The notes under the pieces were generated by a model. That model did no database searches. It saw only the letters and a list, made by a program, of their open reading frames with translations, and was not told where the DNA came from. A DNA stretch of 63,983 nucleotides, counting the filler, from Octopus bimaculoides (taxonomy: Eukaryota), in NCBI RefSeq assembly GCF_001194135.2. It is 6 parts of 6 records of this genome, joined end to end, with 100 filler letters (N's around TTAATTAATTAA, not from the genome) between each part and the next. Parts side by side here need not be neighbours in the genome. Positions count along the whole stretch, not along the records: positions 30,425 to 43,158 come from NC_069001.1; positions 43,259 to 50,981 come from NC_068981.1; 4 more parts are not named here. One strand, 5' to 3'. Positions 38,230 to 51,081 of this stretch are shown here, piece after piece; position 1 is the first letter of the stretch; the number at the start of each line of letters is the position of its first letter. The position numbers and the translations under genes were made by a program.

Positions 38230-40260
38230 TTTCTGTGTTGTTTCTGTGTTTTTATCCACGTTTTTTTCTTTTCCTTACATTTTTTTTACCTGACCAGAGG
38301 TGTGTACACTGGTTGGTAATCTTTACCTGTCCACCACCATCAATATCATCACCACTGCAACCGCCGCCACCTTCCCACGTTTCCGAGAACTTTTCTGAAC
38401 TCCTCCTTCCGTCCTCTTACGCCTCCTTCTCCTCCTCTTTATCTTCATCTTTTTCTTCTTTATTTATTTTCCAATTCTTTTTTGTTCTTTTTCAATTGTT
38501 CTTCATCATCATCACCATCATCTTTTCTCATTCTTCCTATCCCTCTTCGTCTACCCCTTCTTTTTCCTCCTCTTTTTCCATCTCCTTTGTCTTCTTCTTC
38601 ACCCTCTCTTTGTCTTTTTCTTTTCTTCTTCTTCTTTTCAACTACCCCGCCTCTTCCTTCCTTCCTTCCTCCTTTTTCTTCTCCTTTTCACCTACACCTC
38701 CTCTTTCCCCTTCTTCTTCACCTCTTTTACTTCTTTTTCTTCGTTTCCCCTCCTTCCCTTTCTTCTCCCTTTTCATCTCTTCCCCTTTTCTTCTTCTTCT
38801 TCTTCTTCTCTGCCCCAACTTCACCACCACCACCACCACTACTGTCGCCATTCTTGTGGTGCTTTGTCCTGGCGGCGTTGGCGGTTGTGTGGAGGTAGTG
38901 ATGGTGACGTTAGTGGTGGTGGTGGTGGTGGTACCATTTCTTCAATAGCTGAGAATGGTGTTGGCTGCGGTGGTGGTGATTATGGCTCGAACATCTTGAA
39001 GTAGTCGCAGTGTCTCTTAACTACAACACGAACCACGAACTACAACCACCACAACAATTACACCTTCAACTTCCACCACAACCATAGCAAAAACCGCAAC
39101 CAGAACCACAACTGCAATCATCACTACAACAGCAACATTCAAGTACAGCAACTACATCCTAAACTGTAATCGCAAACACATCAGCAGCTACTACAGTGGC
39201 TGAAAGAACAACAATAACAACAACAACAACAAAAACCACAACAACAACAACCACTGTAACTAGAGCCACGACAAGATTTACAACCTCTACATGTGCTAGT
39301 CTAATGACAACGGTAATTACTGGTACAACTGCTATTTCCACAACATTTACTATTAACACAACTACATTTACAAGTGCGGCAACTACAACAACAATTACAA
39401 AAAGAAGTAGAAACACCACTTGGGTGACTACAACCACAACATCTCGCTAGGAACCGTAAGTTATCTTGGAATTGTTTGAAGACGGTAAAAAGGAGAGAGA
39501 GAGAGAGAGAAGGAGATACGGTGAGAGATAGAGAGGGGAGGGAAAGAGAAGGCGGAGGAGTGTAGATGAAAGACGGAGAGGGAGAGAGAGAGAGGGATAG
39601 AGAAATGAAGGAGGGAGAAACAGGGGGACATTAGGGAGAAACAAAGACAGAGTGAGAGGAAGATTGAAAAAGAGTAGGGGGTTCGCAGCTGGAGAAGAGA
39701 AAGATAGAGAGAAGGAGATAGAGAAGGGATTAGAAAAAGAGAGAGAAATAAAGAGCGCGAAAGTAGTGAAAAAACAAAGAAAAAGGTAAACAAAACAGAG
39801 AAAGGGAGAAAGAGGAAGAAATAGAGATAGAGTGAGTGATTGTGTGTGTGTGTGTGTGACAGAGAGAGAGAGAGAGAGAGAGAAACAGAGAAAGGCAGAA
39901 AAAGAGACAGTGTGAATGAGTGTTTTGTGCGTGAGAGGGAGAGAAAGTATGTGACAAATTACGTGTGAGTGGGAGAGAGAGAGAGAGTGAGAGAGATTGA
40001 GAAAGTGTGTATATGTGTGTTTGAGTATGTATGTGTGTGTGTGAGAGAGCGAGAGAGAGAGAGAGAAAGAAACAGAAAACCTGAGAGAGAGAGGTGTGTG
40101 TGAGTGAGTGTGAGGTAGTGAGTGGGATGAGGGTTGGAGCAGCGAGTGTTTACACCTTGGACTAAAAGAGAAGGAAAGAAAAAGAACAAAAATAAAAACA
40201 AAGAAAGGAAACTAAGAACTGAAAACACGAAAAGAACAACAAAAACAAACTAAAACGAAA
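38230..40260. repeat. Degenerate simple-sequence block (TTC/TCC, CAC/GTG, ACA, then GA-rich); similar tracts at 34490-34860 (GAA/GAG) and 43600-44140 (CT)
   Basis: Strong trinucleotide or purine/pyrimidine bias, with frame-breaking indels. Confidence 0.85.
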
Positions 40261-40589
40261 ACTTCGCGACGAGAGAAGCCAGAAAGTGTAGAGAGGAGAA
40301 ATTGCTTGTTTTGTGCTGTGGTCAAACGATATCGTCACCTCATAGGACTACACCACAGGTAAGCAGGACTTTTAGCACCTTGCTAGGTGTATATATATAT
40401 ATATATATATATATATGCATGTACTATAACGGTCAGTGTGTGTACGTATCTGGTCTGTAAGTGTGTGTGGGGGGGTTGGTGTTAGGGACATTTGTTTACA
40501 TATATTCAGGTGCATATATATATATGTTTGTGTGTGTGTGTGTCGCGGTGTGCGTGTTTCTGAATGCCTTTATGTAAATTCTCTATGCA

Positions 40590-40632
<43 letters not shown>

Positions 40633-42059
40633 TTAGGACTGTGTTTACATACATATATATGTACACTCACATTTATTATGCATAAAACATCTTAAGTAAT
40701 ATATATATCATGTGTGCGCACGCGCGTCTATACATTATAGGTTATAAGCATGTGAATATATATATATTATAGGATATATATATATACCTATATCTATCTA
40801 ACTATCCATATATATGTGTGTGTGAAACAATATATATACATACATACAAACGCGAACACTTATATACACGATTCTATATGTATGTATGTATGTATGTATA
40901 TGTGTACGTGTGAGTATATGTAGATGTTTGTGTGTGTGTGAGTGCGTGTATTATTAGATACAAGTTAGTTCGTAAAACATCGTCACCCCACAGAAGTACA
41001 CGCAGGTTAAACGAACTTGTAAGAATGTTTTACTCATTGTCTTTCTTGTTATCTATCTATCTATCTATATGCCACTAATATATATATATANNNNNNNNNN
41101 NNNNNNNNNNNNNNNNNNNNNNNNNNNNNNNNNNNNNNNNNNNNNNNNNNNNNNNNNNNNNNNNNNNNNNNNNNNNNNNNNNNNNNNNNNNNNNNNNNNN
41201 NNNNNNNNNNNNNNNNNNNNNNNNNNNNNNNNNNNNNNNNNNNNNNNNNNNNNNNNNNNNNNNNNNNNNNNNNNNNNNNNNNNNNNNNNNNNNNNNNNNN
41301 NNNNNNNNNNNNNNNNNNNNNNNNNNNNNNNNNNNNNNNNNNNNNNNNNNNNNNNNNNNNNNNNNNNNNNNNNNNNNNNNNNNNNNNNNNNNNNNNNNNN
41401 NNNNNNNNNNNNNNNNNNNNNNNNNNNNNNNNNNNNNNNNNNNNNNNNNNNNNNNNNNNNNNNNNNNNNNNNNNNNNNNNNNNNNNNNNNNNNNNNNNNN
41501 NNNNNNNNNNNNNNNNNNNNNNNNNNNNNNNNNNNNNNNNNNNNNNNNNNNNNNNNNNNNNNNNNNNNNNNNNNNNNNNNNNNNNNNNNNNNNNNNNNNN
41601 NNNNNNNNNNNNNNNNNNNNNNNNNNNNNNNNNNNNNNNNNNNNNNNNNNNNNNNNNNNNNNNNNNNNNNNNNNNNNNNNNNNNNNNNNNNNNNNNNNNN
41701 NNNNNNNNNNNNNNNNNNNNNNNNNNNNNNNNNNNNNNNNNNNNNNNNNNNNNNNNNNNNNNNNNNNNNNNNNNNNNNNNNNNNNNNNNNNNNNNNNNNN
41801 NNNNNNNNNNNNNNNNNNNNNNNNNNNNNNNNNNNNNNNNNNNNNNNNNNNNNNNNNNNNNNNNNNNNNNNNNNNNNNNNNNNNNNNNNNNNNNNNNNNN
41901 NNNNNNNNNNNNNNNNNNNNNNNNNNNNNNNNNNNNNNNNNNNNNNNNNNNNNNNNNNNNNNNTGTGTGTGTGGTTATAAACACACACACATGTATAATT
42001 TAGGATTTTACATATTTATAATGTTTTTCTCTGTCTGTCTCTTTAGCTCTGTATATCTT

Positions 42060-42109
<50 letters not shown>

Positions 42110-42424
42110 CGTCTACACACGCAAGATGAATGCGCGCACGCACGCTCACTCATGAGGTAGTGGTTGCGTGTTTTGTTTCTGGATGGTTATTCTAATTATT
42201 TTTCTCTATTTACATTGGTCTTCGTTATTATTAATATTCATGTTTATGCTCCTGTTTGTGTACATCTACTTACCTATCTATATGTTTGTCTGTCTGTAAG
42301 TTTGTATGTATGAATGTATGTGTATGTGTGTTTTGTCTACATGTCCAGGAAGTGGATATACGTATATACATGCTCGAAATGAGGAGTCGATACACAGCCA
42401 ACAACTGAGGACCAATTCCACTCC

Positions 42425-43158
42425 CAGTAAGAGATCGATTCAAATGACCTGAGATCAATGAAACAAAGAAATGGCTACAACTAAGCCAAGTCCTCGACAA
42501 AATATCAGAGTATCAGAATGCATGCTGGTAGGTACTGCTAAGCAAAAAGTGGATGCTTATCACATTCAAGTGATCGCGGTAGAACAGAAAACGGACTGGT
42601 TGCCATCAAAATAAAGAAGGACCATTGCAGAAGATAAAGAGAGGTACATCTCCTGGGGAGAGAAATCAAGACCCCCTAATAAGCCGTATAAGGGATATCC
42701 TGCAAATGAAAATGGGAGCCATGAAGGACTTGACAGATCAATACCGAGATCTTCTGAACGGAAAGCAGCCAGAAGTGGAGGAAGGAAAGGGAGACGAAGC
42801 AGGCGCAGTTTACTAAGAATCCGTTTAGGTTCATCAGAACACAGATGGGTGAGATCAAATCAGGGAGATTGACCAGCCCCAGAAATGTAGAAGCGTTTCT
42901 GTTTGAGATCTTCAATGACAACCTCAAGAACCAAGCCTTCGCTGCCAACCCAAATGTCACTAGAGCGGAAGCACCTGGAAACACGTTTGATAGGAACTGT
43001 CCATTCTGGAAAGAAGTGGTGAAGAAGTCCAGATCAGGATCAGCTCCTGGCCAGAGTGACATACAAAAAAAATGCCCATTGCTCCTTCGGAGACTATGGG
43101 TGTTATTCCGAAAGATCCGGACAAAGAGGATCGTTCCATTTTGCTCGAAGAAGGCAGA
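42425..43158 (+). mobile_element. HERO-like (RLE-type) non-LTR retrotransposon relic, pre-RT and RT start
   Basis: PEINETKKWLQLSQVLDKI; MGEIKSGRLTSP..VEAFLFEIFND; KEVVKKSRSGSAPGQS..KKCPLLLRRLWVLFRKI. These match recalled HERO-family motifs (VVKKARSxSAPGPSG..KKCPxLLxxLW). Ends at an assembly join. Confidence 0.72.
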
Positions 43159-44299
43159 NNNNNNNNNNNNNNNNNNNNNNNNNNNNNNNNNNNNNNNNNN
43201 NNTTAATTAATTAANNNNNNNNNNNNNNNNNNNNNNNNNNNNNNNNNNNNNNNNNNNNATTACATTAAAGTCAACGACGCAAGCCAGTGATATCGTCGAA
43301 GAAAGCACGTGGTGATAAATCGTACTTTTATAAGCGGCCGTGTGTAAAAAAAAGAAATCGATTTTTTTTAAACAAAACTTCGGATTGGAACAAGGTTTGG
43401 AGTTTTTACCTCTTGGGAAAAAATATCTTATTCGTTTTGTTTATTTTGTGTTATCTTTGGTAATACCGGATGAAAATTTGAGTTAAGACGTATTGTTTGT
43501 TTATTTTCTATTTGAAAAATAAAAATTACGGTAGCAAATTCTTTAGGAAGCCTTTTCTTTCCTCCCAGTATCAGTCTTCGTTTAACTTTTTTCTTACAGC
43601 GGCCTTTTCGTTCTATACCCTCTGTTTTTCTCTCTCGTTCATATCTTCGTTACCCGCTCCTTTTCCCGCTTCTTCTCCCTCCATTTGTCTCTCTCTACAT
43701 CTACCACCACTCTCTCTCTCTCTCTCTCTCTTTCATACCTTCCTCTTTTTCTCTCCTCTCTCCTTCACTCTGTTCCTCCCTCCCTTTCATATCTTCCTCC
43801 TTTTCCCGCTTCTCTCTCCTCCGTCTCTCTCTACATCTCCCTCTCTCCCTCTCATCTCTCCCTCTCCCTCATATATTTCTCATTTTCCCTCCTGTCCCTC
43901 CGTCTCTCCCTGTCCTTCATACATTCTTCATTCTCTCCTCTCTTTCCTTCTCTCTTTCTCTTCTCCACCTCTCCCTCCCTCTGTCTCGCTATCGCTCCAT
44001 ACCCCCCTTTCTCTTTCCTTCATATTATCCTCTGCCTTTCCTTCATATCGCCATCTCTCTTTCCCTCTCCCTGCCTCTGTCTTTCGTCATCAATTCCTCC
44101 CTCTGTCTCTCTCATTCCCTCCTTAACTTCCCTTCCCCCTCTCGGCTTACAAAACGAAGTTGGCACCAAAGTGGGAGAGCAAAGAACTGAATCTTCTGTT
44201 GCGAGCTTGGCAATTGCTTGCGGCGATTCACCAAACAACATCATTACTGCTGCACGATGGTTTCTGCTGAACCATTGAGCAGACAAAGCAAAAGAAAAA

Positions 44300-45420
44300 C
44301 GAATTCATCTGATCCTATGCTCTTATTAGACCACCCATTGACATTCTTATGTCATCATGGAAAACTACTGTGGCAAGGCTGATAAAGATAGGGAATATGA
44401 AGCAACAGCCAGAAACCCCGCTGACCCAGTGGTCCCACAAAGGAATGGATCCCCAAGCCTTGTGAACAACCAAGCTGATAAGAACAAAGCAACAACCAGA
44501 AGTTCCTCTGTGCCAGTGGTCCCACAAAAGAATGGAACCCTCATCCCTGCGGACAATCAGAGGAATGCAAGGGCTACCGCTAGCAAAAGAAGGAAGGACC
44601 ACAAGCAAAAACATAAAAAAGAAAAAAAGAGAGGAAGAAAAAGGAAAAGATGAAACAATTAAATCTAAAACCGAAACTCCAAACCACCAAACCACCAAAC
44701 AAAAAACAAAAAACCCAAATATGAAGGCTCCAATGGAATCCGCAAATCTAGAGGAGAGAAAAAATTTGGAGAGAAGGTGAGGACATGCAAATTCTACCTG
44801 CAAGGCAAATGTTGTCATGGTGAAGACGGTACAAGCTGCCGGTTTGCTCACTCGAGAACTCACCAAAACTGCAGGGGTCTTCAGAAGAAATACTTCCCTG
44901 AGGAAAGGCACCAATCGTCTATAAAAAGAACGTATGCAGATGCAGTGCGTTCTTCAGATGTTATACGAAAGGCAGCAGCTGAGCAAAAGTCTTTTTTGTG
45001 CATGGTGCAAAATATTGTGCAGCAACTGACCTGGCTACATGAAGCGCAAACGAAGAAACTTGCCCACCACTGCGCAAGACCACCACGATCAACAGACACG
45101 GGGCGGCCTCCCCTAACAACAACACAGTCGTCAAGCCAATATTTTTACTAAATATTGGAGGCTTGTTGCATCACAAAAACAAAAAAATCTTTTCCTGAGT
45201 GATCTTGCTGCATGCAATCAATCCCTGTGCTTAGAACACGTGGAAACTTACTTGAGGCCTGATATAGAAGATGCAGAAGTACACGTGCTAAAATGTACCA
45301 TACTGCGAACAGACAGAATGTAAAGGAGCCATGGTGGAGTTGCTGTATACATCCACGAGGACCTCACACCCCAGGTACTACTGACATACTCAAAATGTAT
45401 GCAAAACTATTGGAGGACCA
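44300..45420 (+). mobile_element. 5' part of a CR1/L2-like LINE: decayed ORF1 with a CCCH zinc finger and the start of ORF2 (APE endonuclease)
   Basis: CKFYLQGKCCHGEDGTSCRFAH (44783-44848). From 45145: LNIGGLL..LCLEHVETYLRPDIEDAEVH..ILRTDRM*RSHGGVAVYIHEDL..VLLTYS (APE N-terminal motifs). The upstream boundary is approximate. Confidence 0.75.
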
Positions 45421-46115
45421 CCCTCGCAATATGATTGATTAAAGGTACATCTAATACTTCACAAGTTTGCCAAAAAGAATATGTCATAATTACATTTACA
45501 GACACGTGATATTTTCAAATATAAATGTGTGGAAACACCTAATGCTGCAATGCAACGGCTTATATCACGGTTTAAATCTAAATTCAGTAAATATATTTAA
45601 TATGGCTTCAGATTTTTGTACCTGCTCTCGTAAACGTAACTAAAATATGCGGTATATTATCGTATATTTCAACTTTTCTCCAATAATCTTAAATATGAAC
45701 GAGGTAACACCAATAAATATATATACAATTCTCTGGCGAGAAATTCTTTAAACGCGTGATCGTTGTTTTGCTGACACATTAAAAGTCAGTAGCATCAAAT
45801 ATAGTGTTAGTTTCATTGTAATGTATGCTAATATTTATAAACACATATATATGAAATTAAAGAAGATACAGCTATTGTAATATAACTGTCATCCAAAATG
45901 TCGACATGATTGAAATGAACTATCGCTATTTATTAACTGAACCCGAGTAGCGAACTGGATTCATCAGAATGCTTTTAATCAACTGTGTTCAACCCTCAAA
46001 CTAAAATAATTCTGTGTGTTTTGACCATACCTAGGGATTCAGAATTATATTAAAATCAAGCATTGAAACCCGATTGTGATCTGAACTTCTCGTAAATAAT
46101 TATACATATTGATTC

Positions 46116-46530
46116 ATACTCTTTACTCTTTATTCTTTTACTTGTTTCAGTCATTTGACTGTGGCCATGCTGGAGCATCGCCTTTAGTCGAGCAAATCGA
46201 CCCAGGACTTATTCTTTGTAAGCCGAGTACTTATTCTATCGGTCTATTCTTCCGAACCGCTAAGTTACGAGGGCGTAAACACACCAACATCGGTTGTCAA
46301 GCGATGTTGGGGGGAAAAACAGACACACAAACACATACACAAACATACATATATATATACATACATACGCCGGGCTTCTTTCAGTTTTCGTCTACCAAAT
46401 CCACTCACAAGGCTTTGGTCGGCCTCAGGCTATAGTAGAAGACAGTTGCCCAAGGTGTCACGCAGTGGGACTGAACCCGGAACCATGTGGTTCGTAAGCA
46501 AGCTACTTACCACACAGCCACTCCTACGCC
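46116..46530 (-). mobile_element. SINE family A, full-length copy (~415 bp; tRNA-like head, internal microsatellite, GAGTAAAA-repeat tail)
   Basis: Head GGCGTAGGAGTGGCTGTGTGG (A-box-like)..GGTTCAGTCCC (B-box-like), then CCTTGGGCAA. Tail ..GACTGAAACAAGTAAAAGAATAAAGAGTAAAGAGTA. Many homologous copies in the window. Confidence 0.9.
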
Positions 46531-47020
46531 TAGTACATTTTGGTACATTTTGTAAAAGAAAAAAAAAACCGATGGTTTGCAGTGGCCTACACAAATCCTG
46601 GCTCACAATGGCCTACTTCAATGGAAGATATGAAAATGGATTCTGGTCTAAATTCACGAAACATCAGCACTCAATTTTAAATGCTTGAATATTGTTTTCT
46701 GTTGATTAAGAACAACAGCCCATGTTTTTATGTAGTAATAAATGAGACATTCATTCGAAATTTAGGCCATTTGTCTTTTTTCTTCTTCGAAACGTATGTA
46801 CATGAAGGGAAATTATATTACAAGCGGTGATACGAAATCGTCTCACGTTCTTGAAATTCCAAGATCTTACTTCTTGTAGCTCTTTGACACTCGCAACAAG
46901 TTATGTTATAATGTTATATTATAGCGCCATGACATTTAGTTATTTGATAAGCGAACAAACATGCATCAAAGTTACGTTAAACCTGCCATTTGTGAAAGGT
47001 AATAATATCAGGCAATATAT

Positions 47021-47069
<49 letters not shown>

Positions 47070-48014
47070 GAGTCTTGTTACATGTAAGCCAGTTATTTAA
47101 TAAATGTATATGTCTACTTGGCATTATGAAAGAAATATGAAAGGCCAGAAAATTATTTCAATGCTAGTCTCCCTCTAATAAATTATTATTTCCAAACTTA
47201 GACTAATTTATCTACTTTGGTTAATTTATAGCATTTGTGTTATAATTCTGTGTTATATAGAAACGTAGATTAATTTATAGCAGTTGTGTGAGGTGAGTTC
47301 TGTGAAATTGAGGACAGTGCTCAGCGTAAACTAGTCTGTGAAGTTGCTTCTATGTCCGATGCTTACTTACTTTATTTCACTAACATCAATAATGAATTTT
47401 AAGCATATACATTTCGTTATCCAATGAATTTCATTCTATGCGGGAAATCAATATAACAGAATTTGTAGATCCAGAGTAGCTGCTTAAATAATGCGTATTC
47501 GGGTTGTAGACGTAAGTGTTGTACGTTCAATCTTGGTTTATGCGTTTGTAACTGAGTGAGTCACTAATGTATGCTGGAAGGAATGTCTCCCATATGTAAC
47601 GTGTTCGATTTGTAACATACTATGTGTAGTTAGCATTTTTAGAAGGCAGTTCATAGAAAGAATCCATTTTCAGTGATTTCTTAAAGAGGCGTGAATAAAG
47701 AATATTCAGATGGCAAGTATGTAAAATAAAAACATTGAAATGAATTCAGTAGTGTAACGAGCGCAAGCAAGTGGTAACAAGGATTAATCTTGCATATGAA
47801 TGGGAACCAAATATATATGTATGCGAGACAGGAAAAATCGCATAACTTCATATAAACTGAAGTTTATATGAAGCAGAGTGGAAACTGATATCAATCAAAT
47901 GAGTTGCGTGTAGTTGGTGGTGGACACAGAAAATATGACATGTCGAAGAATCCTCAACTAGCTTGAAACTGCCGCTTCGCTGCTGTACTGAGTTTCTTTC
48001 AGCTAAGGCAGATC

Positions 48015-48620
48015 ACTGCCGTTTTATTCATACACCTCCGGCTCTGATTGGCTGGACTCTTCCACAGCACAACTGAAATATGTCACAGCAACAAACTAAA
48101 TCTTTCTTGTCTCGCTTTACTACCCTCCTGTATACTCCAAGTCGATATAAACAAGAAAAAGGGAAAAAATGCAAAGCAAAGGAAGAAAAAATACAAAGCG
48201 AAATATTCCAAACAATGACAAAGGAAAAATACATTGCATACATGAGTAGTCACCAAATGTCCAAACACTGGAAAAAAAAACATGAATGTATTAAGAAAAG
48301 AAAACAAGCATGCAGAAAAGGTTAATAACAGGCACTGAGAGTCAGTTCATATACAAATAGTTTCACAAAGCCTCTCGGGCCGGTGGACACGACGACCGCT
48401 GCGAGTTGTTGTAACGTATCTTGGTGAAGATGGGGCGATGTTTGTGGGGAAGTGTGTGTAGGGGGTGTATATGTGAGCGGTGTGTGTGTGTGGTGTATAT
48501 GGCTCCGTCTTATTCATACACCTCCATCTTTTATTGGATGGAATCTTCCACAGCACAACTGAACTATGCCATAGCAACAAAATAGATCTTTCCTGTCTCG
48601 CTACACTGCCTCTGTTAGAA
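48015..48620 (+). promoter_or_regulatory. Direct duplication of a ~110-bp module (48015-48130 and 48505-48620) with ATTGG and X-box-like half sites
   Basis: TTATTCATACACCTCC..ATTGG(C/A)TGGA(C/A)TCTTCCACAGCACAACTGAA(A/C)TATG(T/C)CA(C/T)AGCAACAAA..ATCTTTC(T/C)TGTCTCGCT in both copies. The duplication is certain; the regulatory role is inference. Confidence 0.5.
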
Positions 48621-48878
48621 AGAGACTACAATTTTCGTGGTTTAATCAATAGTTGCAGTTGAAAAATAAATGACTTCAGTTACCTGAAAAATTATTGGCA
48701 AAGTAGCTTTCAAAAATTTCTTCCTTAGTTTATTAAATTGCATAATAGTCATAAGTCATTTTAAGAATATTACTTCTGAAAACTTAACGTTTCAGCTAAC
48801 GGAATGTTGAACTGATAGGCATCACGTCACACATTCTAAGGTTAAATTGCCGGGATCATGGACTTCTGTTGTTTGCAG

Positions 48879-48967
48879 ATACGTATTTCTTGCTGTATTT
48901 CTTAAACTATGTTTATTTAAAATGGACAACAAAATCTTACCAAGCAAAGGCACGGTTGATGCTGACG
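48879..48967 (+). CDS. Candidate start-codon exon, MDNKILPSKGTVDAD (ATG at 48922)
   Basis: Acceptor TTCTGTTGTTTGCAG|, initiation context TAAAATGG, donor ACG|GTAAAC (phase 1). Confidence 0.35.
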
Positions 48968-50347
48968 GTAAACTGGATTCCAAAATAACCAAGAGTAAGA
49001 AAAACGCCACAAAAATGTTAATACCTAGAATATAAAACAAGTAAACAAACATAAATAATATAGTTAACATTAAAAAAATTCTAGACATTTATTCTTTTCA
49101 TTTTGTAGAGAGCAACAATTCAAAAATTAAAACTTGTTACAAAAACAGAAAAAAATTAAAGTTCTTGCTTAATTAACGAGTGGAGTCATTTGGTTTTCCG
49201 TATCAGTATGAAGATGTTAGAAGTGATAGGAAAAATTTCAGCTTCCTACCAACATGAGAGGTTTACTTAGACCCCAGAAGCTCAGCTGGCAATTAGGTCA
49301 GCGACTAATTGATATTGACTGTGTGTAGGAGTCCCAAATTGCAGAAAAATCCTGGAACAACCAGGAACACATTTCCCGACATAGATTTGAAAATATATCT
49401 TAGCCTTTGAAAGAGTTACAGAAACCATGAGTGATTTTCTGAACATACTTGTCCAGCTCGCGTAAATGACACTGCAGAGAATATTAATGCTCACATCATT
49501 TAAGAGGAACCAGCCAAATTGAAATGGAACAAAACTGTTCATTATGCAGTTGCCGTTAATGATGTATCTAATAGAGATTCTCAATTCTCTTTAGTCCCCT
49601 GCTATTCCCTCTCACATTCTGAAACTGAAACTGAAATTAGAGGAGCCCATTATGCTGTCATTATATATAGATGCACGAAAATTCTGTACGTATAAACAAA
49701 AAGTTAGTGTGCCCTTTTATAACTAGTTGTACCAAGCGAGTAGCTGCTTTAATTTTATCTATTTCCCCCCATCTTACCAAATACGCTATTTCATTTCAAA
49801 AGCCTCCAGGTTTCAGTGTAACTGTCTTTTTCTATGACCATCAAGGACCTTCACGAATTGTTACTCGGCGTTGCTGGAATACAACTAACAAGTTTAGGAT
49901 TCTATAATGGGTATTTCTATGTTGAACGCTAATGTGTTGAGACAAGCAGTAATCTTTCCATTAGTCCACCAAAGCGAAGAGTAAGATATGTTGTATTCCA
50001 CCAGAAATCAAATTGGATAAAACACATCTCTGTTAAAATTTCTTTTGAATTCAAAGAAAATTTATAAAGAAAACAAAGTTGGCGTTTTCTTAAATCATAA
50101 AGTAAAAAATATCAATGAATACAGTCAAGAAAACACTTCTGAGAATCCCGAAAAAAAAAAAAACTTTTCACATTTATCTGCATTGCAAAAACAAAGTATA
50201 TGCACATAAAATTGCATAAAAAAAATTCGTTATGTAAAGTCTTGTTATATATTTAGTCATTTAAGTCTGAAAAAAAAACGTTTCAAAATCATCTAACTAT
50301 TTGCTTCACGAGTAATACCATCTACGTTGTATGAGTGTGTATTTGGA

Positions 50348-50386
<39 letters not shown>

Positions 50387-50398
50387 NNNNNNNNNNGA

Positions 50399-50440
<42 letters not shown>

Positions 50441-50892
50441 AACACACATAGATAATAGATAAAGAAGATAACTATGGACAATTCCGAAACTTCGTGGTTC
50501 TAATTCCGAATTATAAAGTCAAAATTTATACCCATGTCAATTGAAGCGCTTGACTTTGTGTGTAGATCCCTAAAGGACAATCTGATTAAGCTATGGTTTT
50601 CAGAAAACGAATTAATTCAACTAACTTGCACATAGCAAATACAACCTGTAAGTAGAACAGTAAAAATATGCAAAAATTTTCACAAGTTTAAAAAGAGGCT
50701 TTGCTTTTGTTATCTACCTTCCAACCATGGAGCTTTGCATCTTTGTTAGAAATCACCTCCTTCTCCAGAAGAAGAATTCAAGTAATATATATACATACAC
50801 ACACACAAACATATACACGCGTATACACACACAAGCACAGAAATATATGAATATAGCGAGAGACAAAAAGACAGAGGTAAAAAGAAAGAGAA

Positions 50893-50950
<58 letters not shown>

Positions 50951-51081
50951 CATACACACAAATATACAGGCTTTATAACAGNNNNNNNNNNNNNNNNNNN
51001 NNNNNNNNNNNNNNNNNNNNNNNNNTTAATTAATTAANNNNNNNNNNNNNNNNNNNNNNNNNNNNNNNNNNNNNNNNNNNN

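Noticed and set aside
39020-39450. Thr-rich mucin-like ORF
   Set aside because: Degenerate (ACA)n tract with frameshifts and stops upstream and no convincing splice sites.
48080-48325. 81-aa Lys-rich ORF between the duplicated modules
   Set aside because: A-rich composition, no domain and no splice support.
49440-49700. Protein-like frame HTCPARV..*EEPAKLKWNKTVHYAV..
   Set aside because: Internal stop, no recognisable family and no consistent splice sites.
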